Below, in pieces: positions 12,723 through 25,892 of a DNA stretch of 64,000 nt. The stretch's first letter is position 1. Each line of letters opens with the position of its first letter. Both the position numbers and the translations under genes were made by a program. The notes under the pieces are model-generated. The model made no database searches. It was given only the letters and a program-made list of their open reading frames with translations, and had not been told where the DNA came from. Source of the stretch: Octopus vulgaris (Eukaryota); NCBI GenBank assembly GCA_951406725.2, contig OX597819.1, positions 22,258,001 through 22,322,000 of the forward strand, in the 5' to 3' direction.

Positions 12723-14059
12723 CCAGCATGGCCACAGCTCGTGAGCTGAAACTAGATAAAATGAAATAAAATAAATAAATATATATATCAATAATAAAGT
12801 GATTGTTTCTTATCAGGTACAAATTGTTTAATAGGTCTGCTATAGAAGTGCTCAATTAAATGAGACAAATATATTAAACTATGGTTGCGGAACAAACAAA
12901 CATAAGGTCATCCACGTAACATTTCATATCTCAAACACTTAACCACATAATGCTTTTTCTTTCACATCGAATATACATGCATAAAATCACGGAAGATGAA
13001 ACACAACTCATCAATACAAGCATATAAGAAAAATATAGGGAAAATGTGTGAATAGAGTCCATCGTGGTTAAAAGTTAATGTTTAATACTTTAGCGACTAA
13101 AATTATATATTTTAACATTACAACATCTAAAACAATAAATATATAAATATATAGATATATAAAAAGATATAAAAATACATATATATAGGAAACATATAAA
13201 TAAATAATATATAAGTTAAGATAAAAGTTCATCGTATAGAAATTTTTTAGATTAAAAATTACTTTTCAAGATAAGGGAAAACCTATTGTTAAAAGCCAGT
13301 GTCCAAGCAAAAGTGTATAGAAATAAAAGAAGTTGTAGAAGTTTCTGACTTTCATGACAGTCTCTTCTTTATAAATTCCACAATAGCAAATATATTTAAA
13401 CCCTGTAGAAACTTTACAATTTTGATAAAAATATGACCCTTGAGACATGAACTTCTCAATCTCTTTAAGAACATGAGAAACATTTTCTTCAAATCTTTTG
13501 AAACTGAAAAATAACCATAAGTTTCCATTATTAGATCTTTAGCTTTTTCATAATGCTCTTCTGTTTCAAAGAGGTTTTCATATATGGTCATGTGATTAGC
13601 CATAGGGTGTAGAAATAAAGTTGTTTCTTTTCCCAGTTGATAAAATGAAAATAAGCACAAAGAACACTAACAGCTTGCGTCAATCTACTCACACTTATTC
13701 ACCCAGAAATTTCAGCTCATGTGACCATCATGTAGTTTTCTTTCAAATTAATACAAAAACGATATCATACACCGAGTGCAAATTGTAAACTATTTTGCAA
13801 GTGTGGAAGATAACTGATAATATATTTCATTTCATTGTGATTTCATCGGCAAATAGTAGGTTTTCTGTAGTGATGGGAGCATCACTAACTAAATGTACAA
13901 CATTGATTGGTGAAGAGAAATGGAATTCGCTAGAAAATAAATTACTCAGAGACACCATTTGCATGGAAAACAATAGCTTCATGCTAAGACATTTAATGCT
14001 AACTGTAATTAAGTAAGCCATGACAAAAGTCAGTGACTAATACAGTAGTCACCGACTAA

Positions 14060-16090
14060 TCATCATTTAACGCCTGCTTTCCCACCTGGCATGGGTTGGA
14101 CGGTTTGACTGAAAAGTGGTAAGCCAGAGGGCTGCACCAAGTTCTGATCTGATTTGGCAACGTTTCTACAGCTGAATGCCCTTCCTAACACCAACCATTC
14201 TGACAGTATAGTGGGTGTTTTTTATGTGCCACTGGTATGGGTGCCAATAATCTGATAGCAACATTGGTCATGACTATGGTCTCACTTGGCTTGACAAGTT
14301 TACACAAGCACAGTATATAACCAAAGATCTTGGTCACCTGTCACCGCCTTCATGAGGCCCAATGCTCGACCAGTGCTTTTTACATGTGACTGGCATGGGT
14401 GCTAGTCAGACGGTACTGGCATCACCCATGTCTACGATTTCGCTTGCTTTGACAGGTCTTCACACACACGAGATATCGCCCATTGATGGAAGGGTGCTTT
14501 TAAAGGGCCAGTTACATGACACTAGCATCGACCACAACTAAAATCTCACTTGGTTTCATGGGTCTTATCAAGCACGGCATATCTCCAAAGGTCTCGATCG
14601 CTTCTCATTGCTCTCTGAAGCCCAACATTTGAAGATCGTGCTTCACCACCTCGTCATATGACTTTCCGGGTCTACCTCTTCCACAAATTCCCTTCACTGT
14701 TAGAGTGTGACACTTCTTCCTTCACACAGCTCTCTTCACCCATAAAATTCACATGGTCATACCAATCCAAGCGTCCCTCTTGTGCACCACATCTGATGCT
14801 TCTTATGTCCAACTTTTTGCTCAGGATGCTTACATTCTGTTGTGCATGTTCACTAACATTACACATCCAGCAAAGCATATTAGCTTCATTTCTTACAAGC
14901 TTACGCATGTCCTCAAACAGAAACAGCCCATGTTTCACTGCTGTGTAGCATGGCTGTTTCACACAGACATCGTACAGGCTGCCTTTCATTTTTAGGGAGA
15001 GGGCCCTTTATTACTTGCAGAGGTAGGAGCTCTCAGAACTTTTCCCAGCCTATTTTATTTTAGGAGTTACGCTCTTAGAGCATCTACCCCCACTACTGAC
15101 TTGGTCACCTAGGTAATGGAAGCTATCGACTACTTCTAGTTCACCCACCCCCACCCGGTATGTGATGGAATTTATTTTCTGTACGTTGTCCTGGTTAACA
15201 TTCTGATATTGTTGCACTTCTTATGTGTCCATAGCTTACACCGGGTACATCTTATGGAGTTTTCCACCTATGCCTCTTCCACAGATCAAGTAGGGCCATC
15301 TATCGGAAGGGATTTGTGACTTGTCTGCCTCCATACTTACTAAGACTTTGCTTTTTGCTAGGTTAACTCTAAGGCTCTTCCATTCTAGACCTTAGTTGCA
15401 CACCTGAAACTTCTTCTCTAGTTCTGGTAGTGATTCAGCTATTAGAGCATGTCATCAGCATAAAGAAGCTCCCAGGGAAAGCCTGTCTTGAATTCCTGAT
15501 ATCGCCTTGACGACTATGATGAGGACTGTTCCTTAGTGAATCCCTACTTATGCCATGAATTCTTCACTGTACTCATTGCCAATGCTCACCTTACTGACAG
15601 CATCCCTGTACATGGCTTGTACAGCTCTCATCAACCACTCATTTATCCCTAGTTTCTACCTTGACCATGAGATAAGGGATCTGGGGACCCTGTCAAAGGC
15701 TTCCTCCACATCAACAAAAGCCAAGTACAGAGGTTTATCTTTGGCTAAGTATTTCTCCTGTAGCTGTCTTACCAGAAATATAGCAGTAGTTGTGCTTCTC
15801 CCTGGCACAAACCCAAACTGCATCTCATCTAAACTAACTCTCTCCCTAATTAGTTTGGCTATGACCCTCTCCATGTCCCATTCCATCACCTGATCGAACA
15901 ATTGGATACCTCTGTAATTATTTCTATCTAAGACATCATCTTTACCTTTGTAGCAGTTGACTATGATGCTGCTACACCAGTCATTGGGTATGACTCCTTT
16001 GTGTATCACCTGGTTAACTATACGGGTGACTAGACTATACCCTACACTGCCAGATATTTTAGGCATCTCAGCTGTGATTTCTGATGGACT
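14060..16090 (-). mobile_element. 5'-truncated RTE-clade LINE (RT, Cys-rich insert, repetitive 3' UTR)
   Basis: ORF 15656-16066: IPNDW..YKGKDD..NYRGI..QFGFVPGRSTTTAIFLVRQLQEKY..LAFVDVEEAFDRVPR; ELLYADD at ~15450-15470; ORF 14672-14989 C-terminus (RLDWYDHV); 3' UTR with degenerate tandem units and a (GAT)n-type end at ~14060. Confidence 0.92.
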
Positions 16091-17034
16091 AAATATCGTT
16101 AAATCAAAATTAGATTATGTACATTCATATTTGACATGTTCATGTCCATTCGGATGTAGAAAGACAGTACACTACGCTGGTTGTCTCAAGAGAAAAATTG
16201 CATGCATCCTATAGTCCAATGACATTATTTATGGCCTTGTGTATATGCCTATATTTAATTTCTTCTCTCGAGACAACTTGTTCAGTATATTGTCATTCTT
16301 TGCCTAAATGTACACAAACTTGTTAATTAAATGTGATCATAACTATACTTTACTTTAATTATTATAACTCTTACAAGACACCTCTCTGCACATTTTAATT
16401 GAAATGACTTCAATACAAAAATATAGTCTTTCAACACATTTTGAAAGGTATGACCAAACCAACCAAGGCATCACTTGCCAGCATATATGACACTTAGTAG
16501 TAGTGTATTATGCTTTCACAACTTCTTTTAAGTGCCCATAGAGTCACAAGACAGATGTACATCCAGCCTTTCCACCCTTGTTCAGCTGTCATGTCAGAAA
16601 TGTGACAGCTGAGGAGGTTAGTACAGTTTCCCTTGGGTTGGAAGAAAGTGAAATGAAACGCCTTACTCAAGGAAAGAAATCACACGCATAACCTTGCAAT
16701 CATGAGACTGGACACTAACCACAAGACCCCCCTGCTTCCACATGATACATTAATTTGTTGCTGTTATAAAACAATGCCTTAGTTTCAGGAAGTTCTTGTA
16801 CCAATCCATCAAATGTGTGATATAGGGTAAAAATTGTCTGCTGAGTCTGGTTCAACAAAATCACAATTTTGGTATTTACAGAGAAAGAAATTAAACTGAA
16901 CAAAGCTGTTACAATTATTTCCATTACTTTGGAGATGATTGAAGTAAGGTTCCCAGCACAGCAGGAACTAGGTTTGGCTGATGGGATGAGAAAAGAGGCA
17001 ATAACATTCTATGTTCCAGATATTGATGTAGATA

Positions 17035-17430
17035 TCTCTTTTTATTCTCTTTTACTTGTTTCAGCCATTTTGACTGTGGCCATGCTGGAGCACCGCCTTT
17101 AGTTGAGCAAATCGATCCCATGACTTATTCTTTGTAAGCCTAGTACTTATTCTATCGATCTCTTTTGCCGAACCGCTAAGTTACCGGGATGTAAACACAC
17201 CAGCATCAGTTGTCAAGCGATGTTGGGGGGACAAACACAGACACACAAACATATACACACACACATATATATATATACATATATACAACGGGCTTCTTTC
17301 AGTTTCCGTCTACCAAATCCATTCACAAGTCTTTGGTTGGCCCATGGCTATAGTAGAAGACACTTTCCTATGGTGCCACGCAGTGGGACTGAATCCGGAA
17401 CCATGTGGTTGGTATGCAAGCTACTTACCA
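17035..17430 (-). mobile_element. SINE family 1 copy, 5' end clipped
   Basis: High similarity to 7941-8376. Confidence 0.9.
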
Positions 17431-18617
17431 GAGGTAAACATTAAAAATAAGATTGAAACATGTCTGCTGTTGTTTCTTGAAGGTACTGGAATAAAGGAAA
17501 TAAAATTGGTCTCTGGCAAATAAGTTCTTTTCTTAGATCACATGTATTTCCACTTCACCTTTCAATCATCCAGGCAAGAAATAAGCTAATTCACACTTGA
17601 TATTACTCCAGGTAGCATCTCTTAATTATTTCATACTTAAATAATGTTTAATATGTACCTGTGAAATTATGTACGTACCTATACAAATCATTCATGACTT
17701 CCACAAGTATGGTGAAGCTATCACAGTTAATACTCTGTTTTAACATGTTTACTCAATATTGAATTGTTGGAATGGGAATTACAAACAAGCACAAATACAG
17801 GAATGTAGAGGAAAAGAGAGACTTTCTAATTAGTGCTTCACTGTGACGATCTTTGTACATAATATTGCAATATCCTTTGATCATTGATTCATATGTGAAA
17901 GGGTTATCTTGGAGTGAGTAATAACCTTGGATCGTAGGGTGACCTGCTGTGCTTGAGGAGACATATTGATTCAAGTACTTTAACATCAAAATAAAAATCA
18001 AATGGAAATTGTAGTTGTGATACCCGTGCCAGTGGCATGTAAAAAGCACCATCCGAACATGGCCGATGCCAGCACCGCTTTGACTGGCATCCATGCCGGT
18101 GACACAAAAAGCACCCACTACACTCACGGAGTGGTTAGCATTAAGAAGGGCATCCAGATCAGACTGGAGCCTGGTGCAGCCTCCTGGCTTCCCAGACCCC
18201 AGTCGAACCGTCCAACCCATGCTAGCATGGAAAATGGCTGTTAAACCATAATGATGATGATTGTCAATGTACCACTAACATCGGCAGGAATAAATTATCA
18301 GTGCAGTTCTCATTATGTACATAAACAGTTTTCGTTTCTAACATTTGGGGATGTATTACAGGTATACAAATCAACTTGACCAGCGTCCAGTTATTTTCCT
18401 AGGTTGTCTCATAGCTAAACACTACTCTCTATCATTCATGGTTGTGTGTACATGATTTGCTTTTGATTAGAAAGGGATTCACTTACATCCCTTTACGTGT
18501 TCAGTTCAAATCCCTTCAGGGTGGTCTTTCACCTGCGTATTTCTCAGTTTCATAAGGAATTCAGTCAAAATACCACTGGTTTTACTCCACCCTTCACTAA
18601 CTCCAAAGGAATGGACA

Positions 18618-19032
18618 TACTCTTTTACTCTTTACTCTTTTACTTGTTTCAGTCATTTGACTGCGACCATGCTGGAGTACTGCCTTTTAATCGAGCAAAT
18701 CGACCTGGGACTTATTCTTTTGTAAGCCCAGTACTTATTCTATCGGTCTCTTTTGCCGAACCGCTAAGTAACGGGGACATAAACACACCAGCATCGGTTG
18801 TCAAGCAATGCTAGGGGGACAAACACAGACACACAAACACACGCACGCATATATATACATACATATATACGACGGGCTTCTTTCAGTTTCTGTCTACCAA
18901 ATCCACTCACAAGGCTTTGGTCGGACCGAGGCTATAGTAGAAGACACTTGCCCAAGGTGCCACGCAGTGGGACTGAACCCGGAACCATGTGGTTGGTAAA
19001 CAAGCTACTTACCACACAGCCACTCCTGCGCC
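18618..19032 (-). mobile_element. SINE family 1 copy, full length
   Basis: High similarity to 7941-8376; intact tRNA head. Confidence 0.9.
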
Positions 19033-19312
19033 TATGTACAATATTAACACAATTAACTGATGTTTGGAGCCCAAGAAGTTTAAAAAATTACTAGAATTCT
19101 CGATTTATTTTATGTAACCTCGACCCAACTGAGATTTATTTCACCAAAATATGGTAACAAAATGAATTCCCAAACGCAATGAGCTGTAGACATAGGACAA
19201 GAATTTTCTTAAAAAAATCTCATTGGATGAGGAATCTCAGTGGGGGGTAAAGTAGGCAATAAGCGATGTATGTCTTAGAAAAATAATATAACTAGAAAAG
19301 GGAAAGTCTGGG

Positions 19313-21117
19313 AGAAGCGGTGACTTAAAATGAGGAAAAAACCATGGAGATCGGCATGGTTGGAAAGGACAGACTAACTGGCCTCAGAATTAGTTTGATA
19401 TAACTAAATTCATATGAAATGAGGCAACGCCATAAAACATTGATTTATTTTATTACATAAAACAAAATAAAACCAAAAGAACATCTTTTCATTAATATCA
19501 TTGGGGACATTTTTCGACGATTTACAACTGAAAAATTTAATGCTTCGTTTGCGAGGCTGGATTTACGTCCCATCACTACTAGGGGAGATAACAGAGACAA
19601 GAGTTGCTTCCCTTGACAGGCGAGGCTATCTAATCCAGTAAAACTATGAATTGGGAAAAATTTTCTATATAACTATGATATGTTTACAGCCAGAATAAGC
19701 CCAGGGCATGTCTAACTTAATAGCACTACCTGGTAATGTCTTTTAGTCATATAATGGGGCACCGTAGCCCATACTAGCAAAGAGCTATTATCGTTGGTTA
19801 CATATCCGGGTGTAGGAGTTTGGTCTGGGATATTTTGAAGAAAGTTGTTCAGTGAAGCTTGTTAATTTTATGGAACCGTTTCCGTACATTGCTTTTGCCT
19901 CTTAACGTTTGTTATCTCTCTTGGTGGAAATGGGACGTAACTCCAGCCTCACAAACGAAACATTAAACTTTTTATTATAAACTAGCAGTATCGCCCGGCG
20001 TTGCTCGGGTTTGTAAGGGAAATAACTATATAAGCATTTTTAGAGAGTTATAGCCAAAAAATAGCAAAAAATGCATTAAAAATGGAAAAAAAATGATGGT
20101 AAATTTTTTTTTAAATCGTTGACTCATCGTAGACATTTTTAGAGTTACTTCCCTTATATAATAGCGAAAGATGCATTAAAATGGAAAAAATGATGGTAAT
20201 TTTTTTTTTAAATCGTAGACTCATCGTAGACGAACGCTAATATCCAGAAGAGCTTGATATAAATCACGACTATAAGATACCCGGTTTTGGTTAAACTGCA
20301 TCGCAAAATGTGGGAGTAGTTAGGAATCTAAATCGTAGGAGACAGACAGCACACAGCCTCTCTTTTATATATAACTAGCAGTATCGCCCGGCGTTGCTCG
20401 GATTTGTAAGGGAAATAACTATATAAGCATTTTTAGAGAGTTACTTCCCTTATAGATGCCAATTCGGGCTTTCTTAGCCATTTCTGTTTTGGTGTCTTCA
20501 AGCCATGAAGTCGTTGTTCTAAAAGAACGCTGGTCTCCTTGACAACGTTTTACGACGTTGATTTCCTTACACTCCCTTCCCCACAGCTTCAAGAGGGAGG
20601 GAAGAAAGGGGAGAAGCAAACAGGTGCAGGTGTGACCATGGACGCCAACTCCGCCGCCATCGACACACGAAAAATTATGCATTAAAATGGAATAAAAAAT
20701 GATGTTAAATTATTTTTAAAATCGTAGACTCATCGTAGACGCGCGCTAATACTCAGACGGGCTCGATATGAATCACGACTATAAGATACCCGGTTTTGGT
20801 TAACCTGCACCGCAAAATGTGGGAGTAGTTAGGAATCTAAATCGTAGGAGACAGACAGCACACAACCTCTCTTTTATATATAAAGATATAAGCTTTACCG
20901 TAAATCGCCGTAAAATGCTGCCAATGATATTATTGAAAATATGTCTTTTGGCCTGTTTTTGTGTTTTATGTTATAAAATGAATCATTTTATTTTGTGGCG
21001 TAGCCTCATATCATATTAATTCAGTTATAACAAGCTAATCCTTAAGCCGTTTAATCCGTCCTTTCCATCCATCCCAAGCTTCGTGGATTTTTTTCTTTAT
21101 TTTTAATCGAACTTCTT
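19313..21117. mobile_element. Long inverted-repeat (foldback/MITE-like) element, right arm split by a Helitron-type insert
   Basis: Left arm ~19313-19612 (tggaaaggac...ttcgtttgcgaggctggatttacgtcccat...gagataac) is the diverged reverse complement of 19899-19981 plus 20887-21117. Confidence 0.8.
19982..20886 (-). mobile_element. Non-autonomous Helitron-type element, two units in tandem
   Basis: Minus strand: A|TCTTTATATATAAAAG 5' end at 20886; 3' ends with GC hairpin (cc(c)gagcaacgccggg) followed by CTAG|T at 20375 and 19982; no TSD; internal sub-repeats (aaatcgtagactcatcgtagac). Confidence 0.85.
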
Positions 21118-21129
21118 AATTTTATTGGA

Positions 21130-23130
21130 TCCGTTTCTGTTCTAACGTATTTTGGTTTGGTATTAAAGAGAGCTGGACCGGTTGTGGTAAAGTAGTTGCG
21201 GCGTGATGTTGTTATGTGTCCTGAGTTCGATTTTTCTAGTGGGCGGATAGCACGGGGGGGGGGACCAAGCCTTGGGTGGATTTTAAAATTAATGGCAACA
21301 TCATTTGTGCTAATATTGATGGAATATTTTCCACATCACACAAATGATGTAGCGCTGCGGGTGGCGTTGGTGAGAGTAGAGATTGAGTGATTTCAGTCGA
21401 TCCCAATAGTCAACGTCTGTCACGCCGCCTGTCTTTCTTGTTAATGACCTCTGGAGTGCTTCCACATTCAAAATGAGTTGCTTTGTATGGGGAAGACAAC
21501 AGTGGGCAACAGTATTCAGGGTGTGGTCGGGCAAAAGTAGAGTAGACAAGGATGATGGTCTACGTATCTCCAGGCCGGAACGTTCTCAGAATCCAGGAGC
21601 ACATCTTGCGGGTCAAGTAAGACTTGCTTTTTTCATGGGAACTCCAAGGTCAAGAGAAGAGCATATGATAATTTCAGAGTATCCTCTTTTCTAAAGTAGA
21701 TCAAACTAAACTTATCTCCATTTTCGTCTCTTCAGTATCTCGCACATGGATTTTACATCATCATGTAAAGTGTTGTTCTCATCAAGCAGATGAGACAGCG
21801 AATGAAAAGAACAATTTGAGATTGAGTCTTTATTGTGTCAGTGGCCCAACTCTTCTCAGCTGCTCTTTGTTTGTTAATGATGGTCTTCATTCTCTTTTGG
21901 AGGTCGTGTTTTCTCGATTCAAGTGATGCAATGGCAGTCGAATGGGCGCGTTGCTGCTGGCAGTATCTAAGTTGGTTGATTTTCTTGTTATTTCTTTTCA
22001 TTTTTCTGACAATTGCTCTTCTATTTCTAGGGATTCTGCACAAAGATTTGTTTACTGATCTTAATAGAGTAAGCTTTGAGCATATATTTGTGACTGTATC
22101 TACAAATGTCTGCCATGGTGTGTTTATGTCGGTTCGAGTGTGTGCGTGCGTGAAGGCCCAACCAACTTGTGAACAACGATAGTTGATCGCTTCCCAGTGT
22201 TCGTCATAAAGATCCATAGTGCCAAATGGATGTGCTTGAGAGATGTCATTGTATTTAATCTTTGAATGGTAGAATCTCAGATCGCTGAGACCCATTTCAT
22301 GGCCTGATAGAAGTGGCGTTTTTGTTCCACTGCAATATTGTGGATACTGTCAGTGTAATTACTGAACATTAGGTCCCAGGTGTTTTTCTGACACCCTGTT
22401 GGTTCGAGAGCAACTTGGGTCAAAAAAGCTCATCCATGTAATCAAAAAACAATTTGTTTGCTTCCTTATCAGGGGTTGAGGTGCAAAAACCTGGTTTCAA
22501 GCTGTTTGTGAACCAGTCAACTCTGGGAAGGTTGAAGTCCCACATCATGAATATGTTGTCAGCATGATACTGATGTATGAAACACTTAATGCTGTTGAGG
22601 CATTCCTTGAAGCATAGTAAAGGAGTTAGGAGTGGCCTATGGAGCCCAACTACTATTAAATTGTTGGTTCTATTATACACAGAAGCTGCATCACAGTAGC
22701 CATTGGTAAATACATCCACAGCTTCAGCCGAAAAAGAATCATGCATGAAAATGGCGGTCGCGCCCTTTCTTCTGCCGACACAATCTACAGGGATGGTTGT
22801 AAAATTCTTTACTCTCACCTCAGCTTCCAAGTGGAGGTTATTGAGATGGGTTTCTGCGAAAATGAAGAAGGAATATGGTGTGGATGGTCATTAACCCAGT
22901 CCTGAATAAATTGGATCTTCCATTTTGGGGTACTGGTGGAAGGGCTGATGTCTTATGCATTGGGCGAAAATGTTGAAGCGATAGTAGTGGCCCATTCACG
23001 CGGCGACCATTCTTTCCACATTCACCCACCTTTCAACGAACTCACTGAGTGACGGTATTTCCCTCTCTCCAGCCTCACATTCCTTTTCAGGTGGAAGCTG
23101 AAAAAGTTAATGAGGCCTTGGCCAAACAGG
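21130..23130 (-). mobile_element. Degenerate CR1/L2-group LINE: APE endonuclease, linker and C-terminus; RT core largely deleted
   Basis: ORF 22420-22830 (GATAIF..VGLHRP..MWDFNLPRVDW), 21753-22295 linker, 21310-21549 (VEALQRSLTRK..DYWDRLKSLNLYS.QR). Confidence 0.8.
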
Positions 23131-23199
23131 AAGGTACCCGTCTTCAACCCTTTCAATCGCCTCCTCCACACAACGCTTTTGCCAGAGCCACCACATAAG

Positions 23200-23690
23200 A
23201 TCTTTCTTCCTTCTTCTTTCCTTCCCCTCCTCATTCTCTTCTTCCTTCCTTCCTTCCTTCTTTCCTTCCCCCTCCTCCTCCTTCTTCTTCCTTCCTTCCT
23301 TCCCCCTCCTCCTCTTCTTCCTTCCTTCCTTCCCCCTCCTCCTCCTCTTCTTCCTTCTTCTTTCCTTCCCCTCCTCATTCCCTTCTTCCTTCCTTCCGTC
23401 CCCTCCTCCTCCTCTTCTTCCTTCTTCTTTCCTTCCCCTCCTCATTCTCTTCTTCCTTCCTTCCTTCCTTCTTTCCTTCCCCCTCCTCCTCCTCTTCTTC
23501 TTCCTTCCTTCCTTCCCCCTCCTCCTCTTCTTCCTTCCTTCCTTCCCCCTCCTCCTCTTCTTCCTTCCTTCCTTCCCCCTCCTCCTCTTCTTCCTTCCTT
23601 CCTTCCTTCCTTCCTTTCCCCCTCCTCCTCGTCTTCTTCCTTCCTTCCTTCCTTCCTCCTCCCCTCCCCCTCTTCTTCTTCCTACTCCTT
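23200..23690. repeat. ~490 bp polypyrimidine/polypurine low-complexity tract (CTT/CCT/CTTC units)
   Basis: Almost purely C/T on the + strand, with higher-order repeats such as cctcctcttcttccttccttccttcccc. Confidence 0.95.
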
Positions 23691-25079
23691 CTGTCTGCTG
23701 CCAATCATGGCGGGGAGGACAGGGAAGTCCTCGTGCAAACTCTCGTACCATCTTCCTTCCTCACTCCCATTTTTCGTCGCCATCGTCCAATGTTTACTTT
23801 CTTCGAAGCAAATTCTCGAAGAAATTTGAAAACAAAAAGGTTTGTATCACTTTGGTTAATAAAATACAGTATAGAACCTTTTAAAACAAGTGAATTAAAC
23901 AAACTTACAGCACTCCAAAAACACACCACCTGCTCTGGCGACAACAACAACAACAACAACAACAATAATAGTAATCATAATAATGGAGGTAGTAGTAGTC
24001 GTAGTAGTAGTAGTAGTAGTAATTTCTAATATAATTTTTAATAATAATAAGAATGATGACAATATTAACAGCAGCAGCAACAACAACAACAATGAAGGCG
24101 ACTTTATTCAATGAAGTTCTGTCTGTAATCAAATGGAATAAACAGAAAAGGAATTAGGAAGGATTTACTGAAATTTAATCATAATGTTTAAGATAAGAAT
24201 AAATAAAACAATACAAACGAAAAAACAAAATAACGAAACAAAAATCCCAACACTGATTGAGAGAATTAATGATGGCGAGAAGCAAACATTAAAGGAAACC
24301 GCCATTTTTGTTCGTACGTGACAAAATGGTGGTCTTTCTATCGCTACGTTTAAGACCTGGAATCCGGTTGACAGATTTGGATAGATTTGAAATTTAAGAA
24401 CCTCACTAGATTGCCGGATGTAAATGGTGGATTTTAGAAAGTTCGGTGGTAAACATAGAATCGTGTATTATCACTATTACTTTCTGAGACGAAAAGATAG
24501 GGATAACGCCATCTTTTAAAACAATCATCAAAAAATATAAATAAGTAGAAAAATATATAACTGTTGATGTTGCTGTCATTCATATTGTTGACTATAAGGC
24601 AGCTGGAATTGTTGAAACGTAATGAAAAGAGTGCACATTTCTGCCAGGAAAGAAAAGTAGCTTTTAAGAAAGCTCAGCTTCGGTTTCACAACAGCATTAA
24701 GTGAATGCGAGAGGAACCTGTACCCACTTCCGCGTGTCTAAATACCTGGTAAGGACGACAGTTTATTTCAGTTAACAATTCACCATTTCTTAGATAGTCT
24801 TTTTATCTATTCTCGAGACAGTTATATTATGAAATGAAGAAATGTGAAATAAAGTGTCAAACCCGAGAAATATAATACCAACGATACTGACGATGTTTTG
24901 CGTGACTAAATCCGATAAGCTGAACACCAATAATATTTTCACTTGTTTCAAAAGTTGAAATGTTGCCTGGCGCTTATCTAGTCAGCATAAAATTTCAAGT
25001 AACGATTACTAGAAAATAGTAGTCAACTCTGATAGATATACAAACCCCCCCACACACACACACACGTATGATATATCAT

Positions 25080-25270
25080 ACAAGGCCTGAAATTTGGAGG
25101 AGGGGGATAGTCGATTACATCGACCCCAGTATTGAACTGGTACCTAATGTATCGACTCCGAAAAGAAGAAATCGAAGTTTATCTTGACAGTATTTGAACT
25201 CTGAACGTAAATAGTCGGAATAGATGCCGCTAGGCATTTTTCTGAAGCAGTAACGGTTCTGCTAGTTTCA
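25080..25270 (-). mobile_element. tRNA-derived SINE family 2; related copies at ~26590-26915(-), 29640-29790(-), 32105-32310(+), 50120-50285(-)
   Basis: Shared body caaggcc..tagtcgattacatcgaccccagt..tatcgac.ccgaaa..aaagt.gacct..tttgaactc.gaacgtaaa..ctaacggttctgc; reverse complement of 43544-43745. Confidence 0.75.
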
Positions 25271-25846
25271 ATAATATTAATAACGATAATGATAATCGTG
25301 GTGATGGTTTTCTTTTATTTGCTCAAAAATGTGTGATACTAAATAAAGTAATGTTGGTTATGTTGTTTAGAGATGATAGTTTTTAGCCTTTAGCTAATTT
25401 GAATCTTTAAATATCTCTTTACTAATTTGTACAAAAAGACGAAGATTTACTTCTACATATTCTCTTGTCGTCCATCATTAATTGGTAGAGCATTGTTTTT
25501 ATTGTTTAATTTACATTCACGTATCACGTATAAAATGTTAAGAGAAATAATGTAGACAACAACAACAACAAGAGCAACCACAGCAATAACAACAATAACA
25601 ACGCGACGTGATGCCAAATAACGTTTGGAAAGTCTTTCGTATCGATCAAATGTTTATCCAACCAGACCAGTGATGCCATCTGCCAATAGTGAAAATGCCG
25701 GTTTTTATAAATATAGAAAGAACTTGCTATGAAATTTTATGATCATGCAATTTTAAATTTCACTTAAAGTCGACAATCTTTTGGCATTAATTAAGAAACA
25801 AAGAGAAAAGAAGGGAAAAAAGAGAATGAAGGAGAATAAAACACAG

Positions 25847-25892
<46 letters not shown>

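Noticed and set aside
14230-14620. CRISPR-like repeat-spacer pattern
   Set aside because: Degenerate tandem units of the RTE 3' UTR; no identical repeats with unique spacers, no cas genes, eukaryotic context.
17008-17035. Possible next PSMC3 exon (ttccag|ATATTGATGTAGAT, resembling LLDVD)
   Set aside because: Only ~14 nt, needs a frameshift, and nothing Rpt5-like resumes after the adjacent SINE.
23022-23829. Long ORFs (214 and 239 aa) rich in R/G/K/E or L/P/S/F
   Set aside because: Products of a stop-free low-complexity CT tract.
24598-24748. Coding exon (ag|GCAGCTGG...CTG|gtaagg)
   Set aside because: Weak acceptor, stop in the best-looking frame, no recognisable protein.
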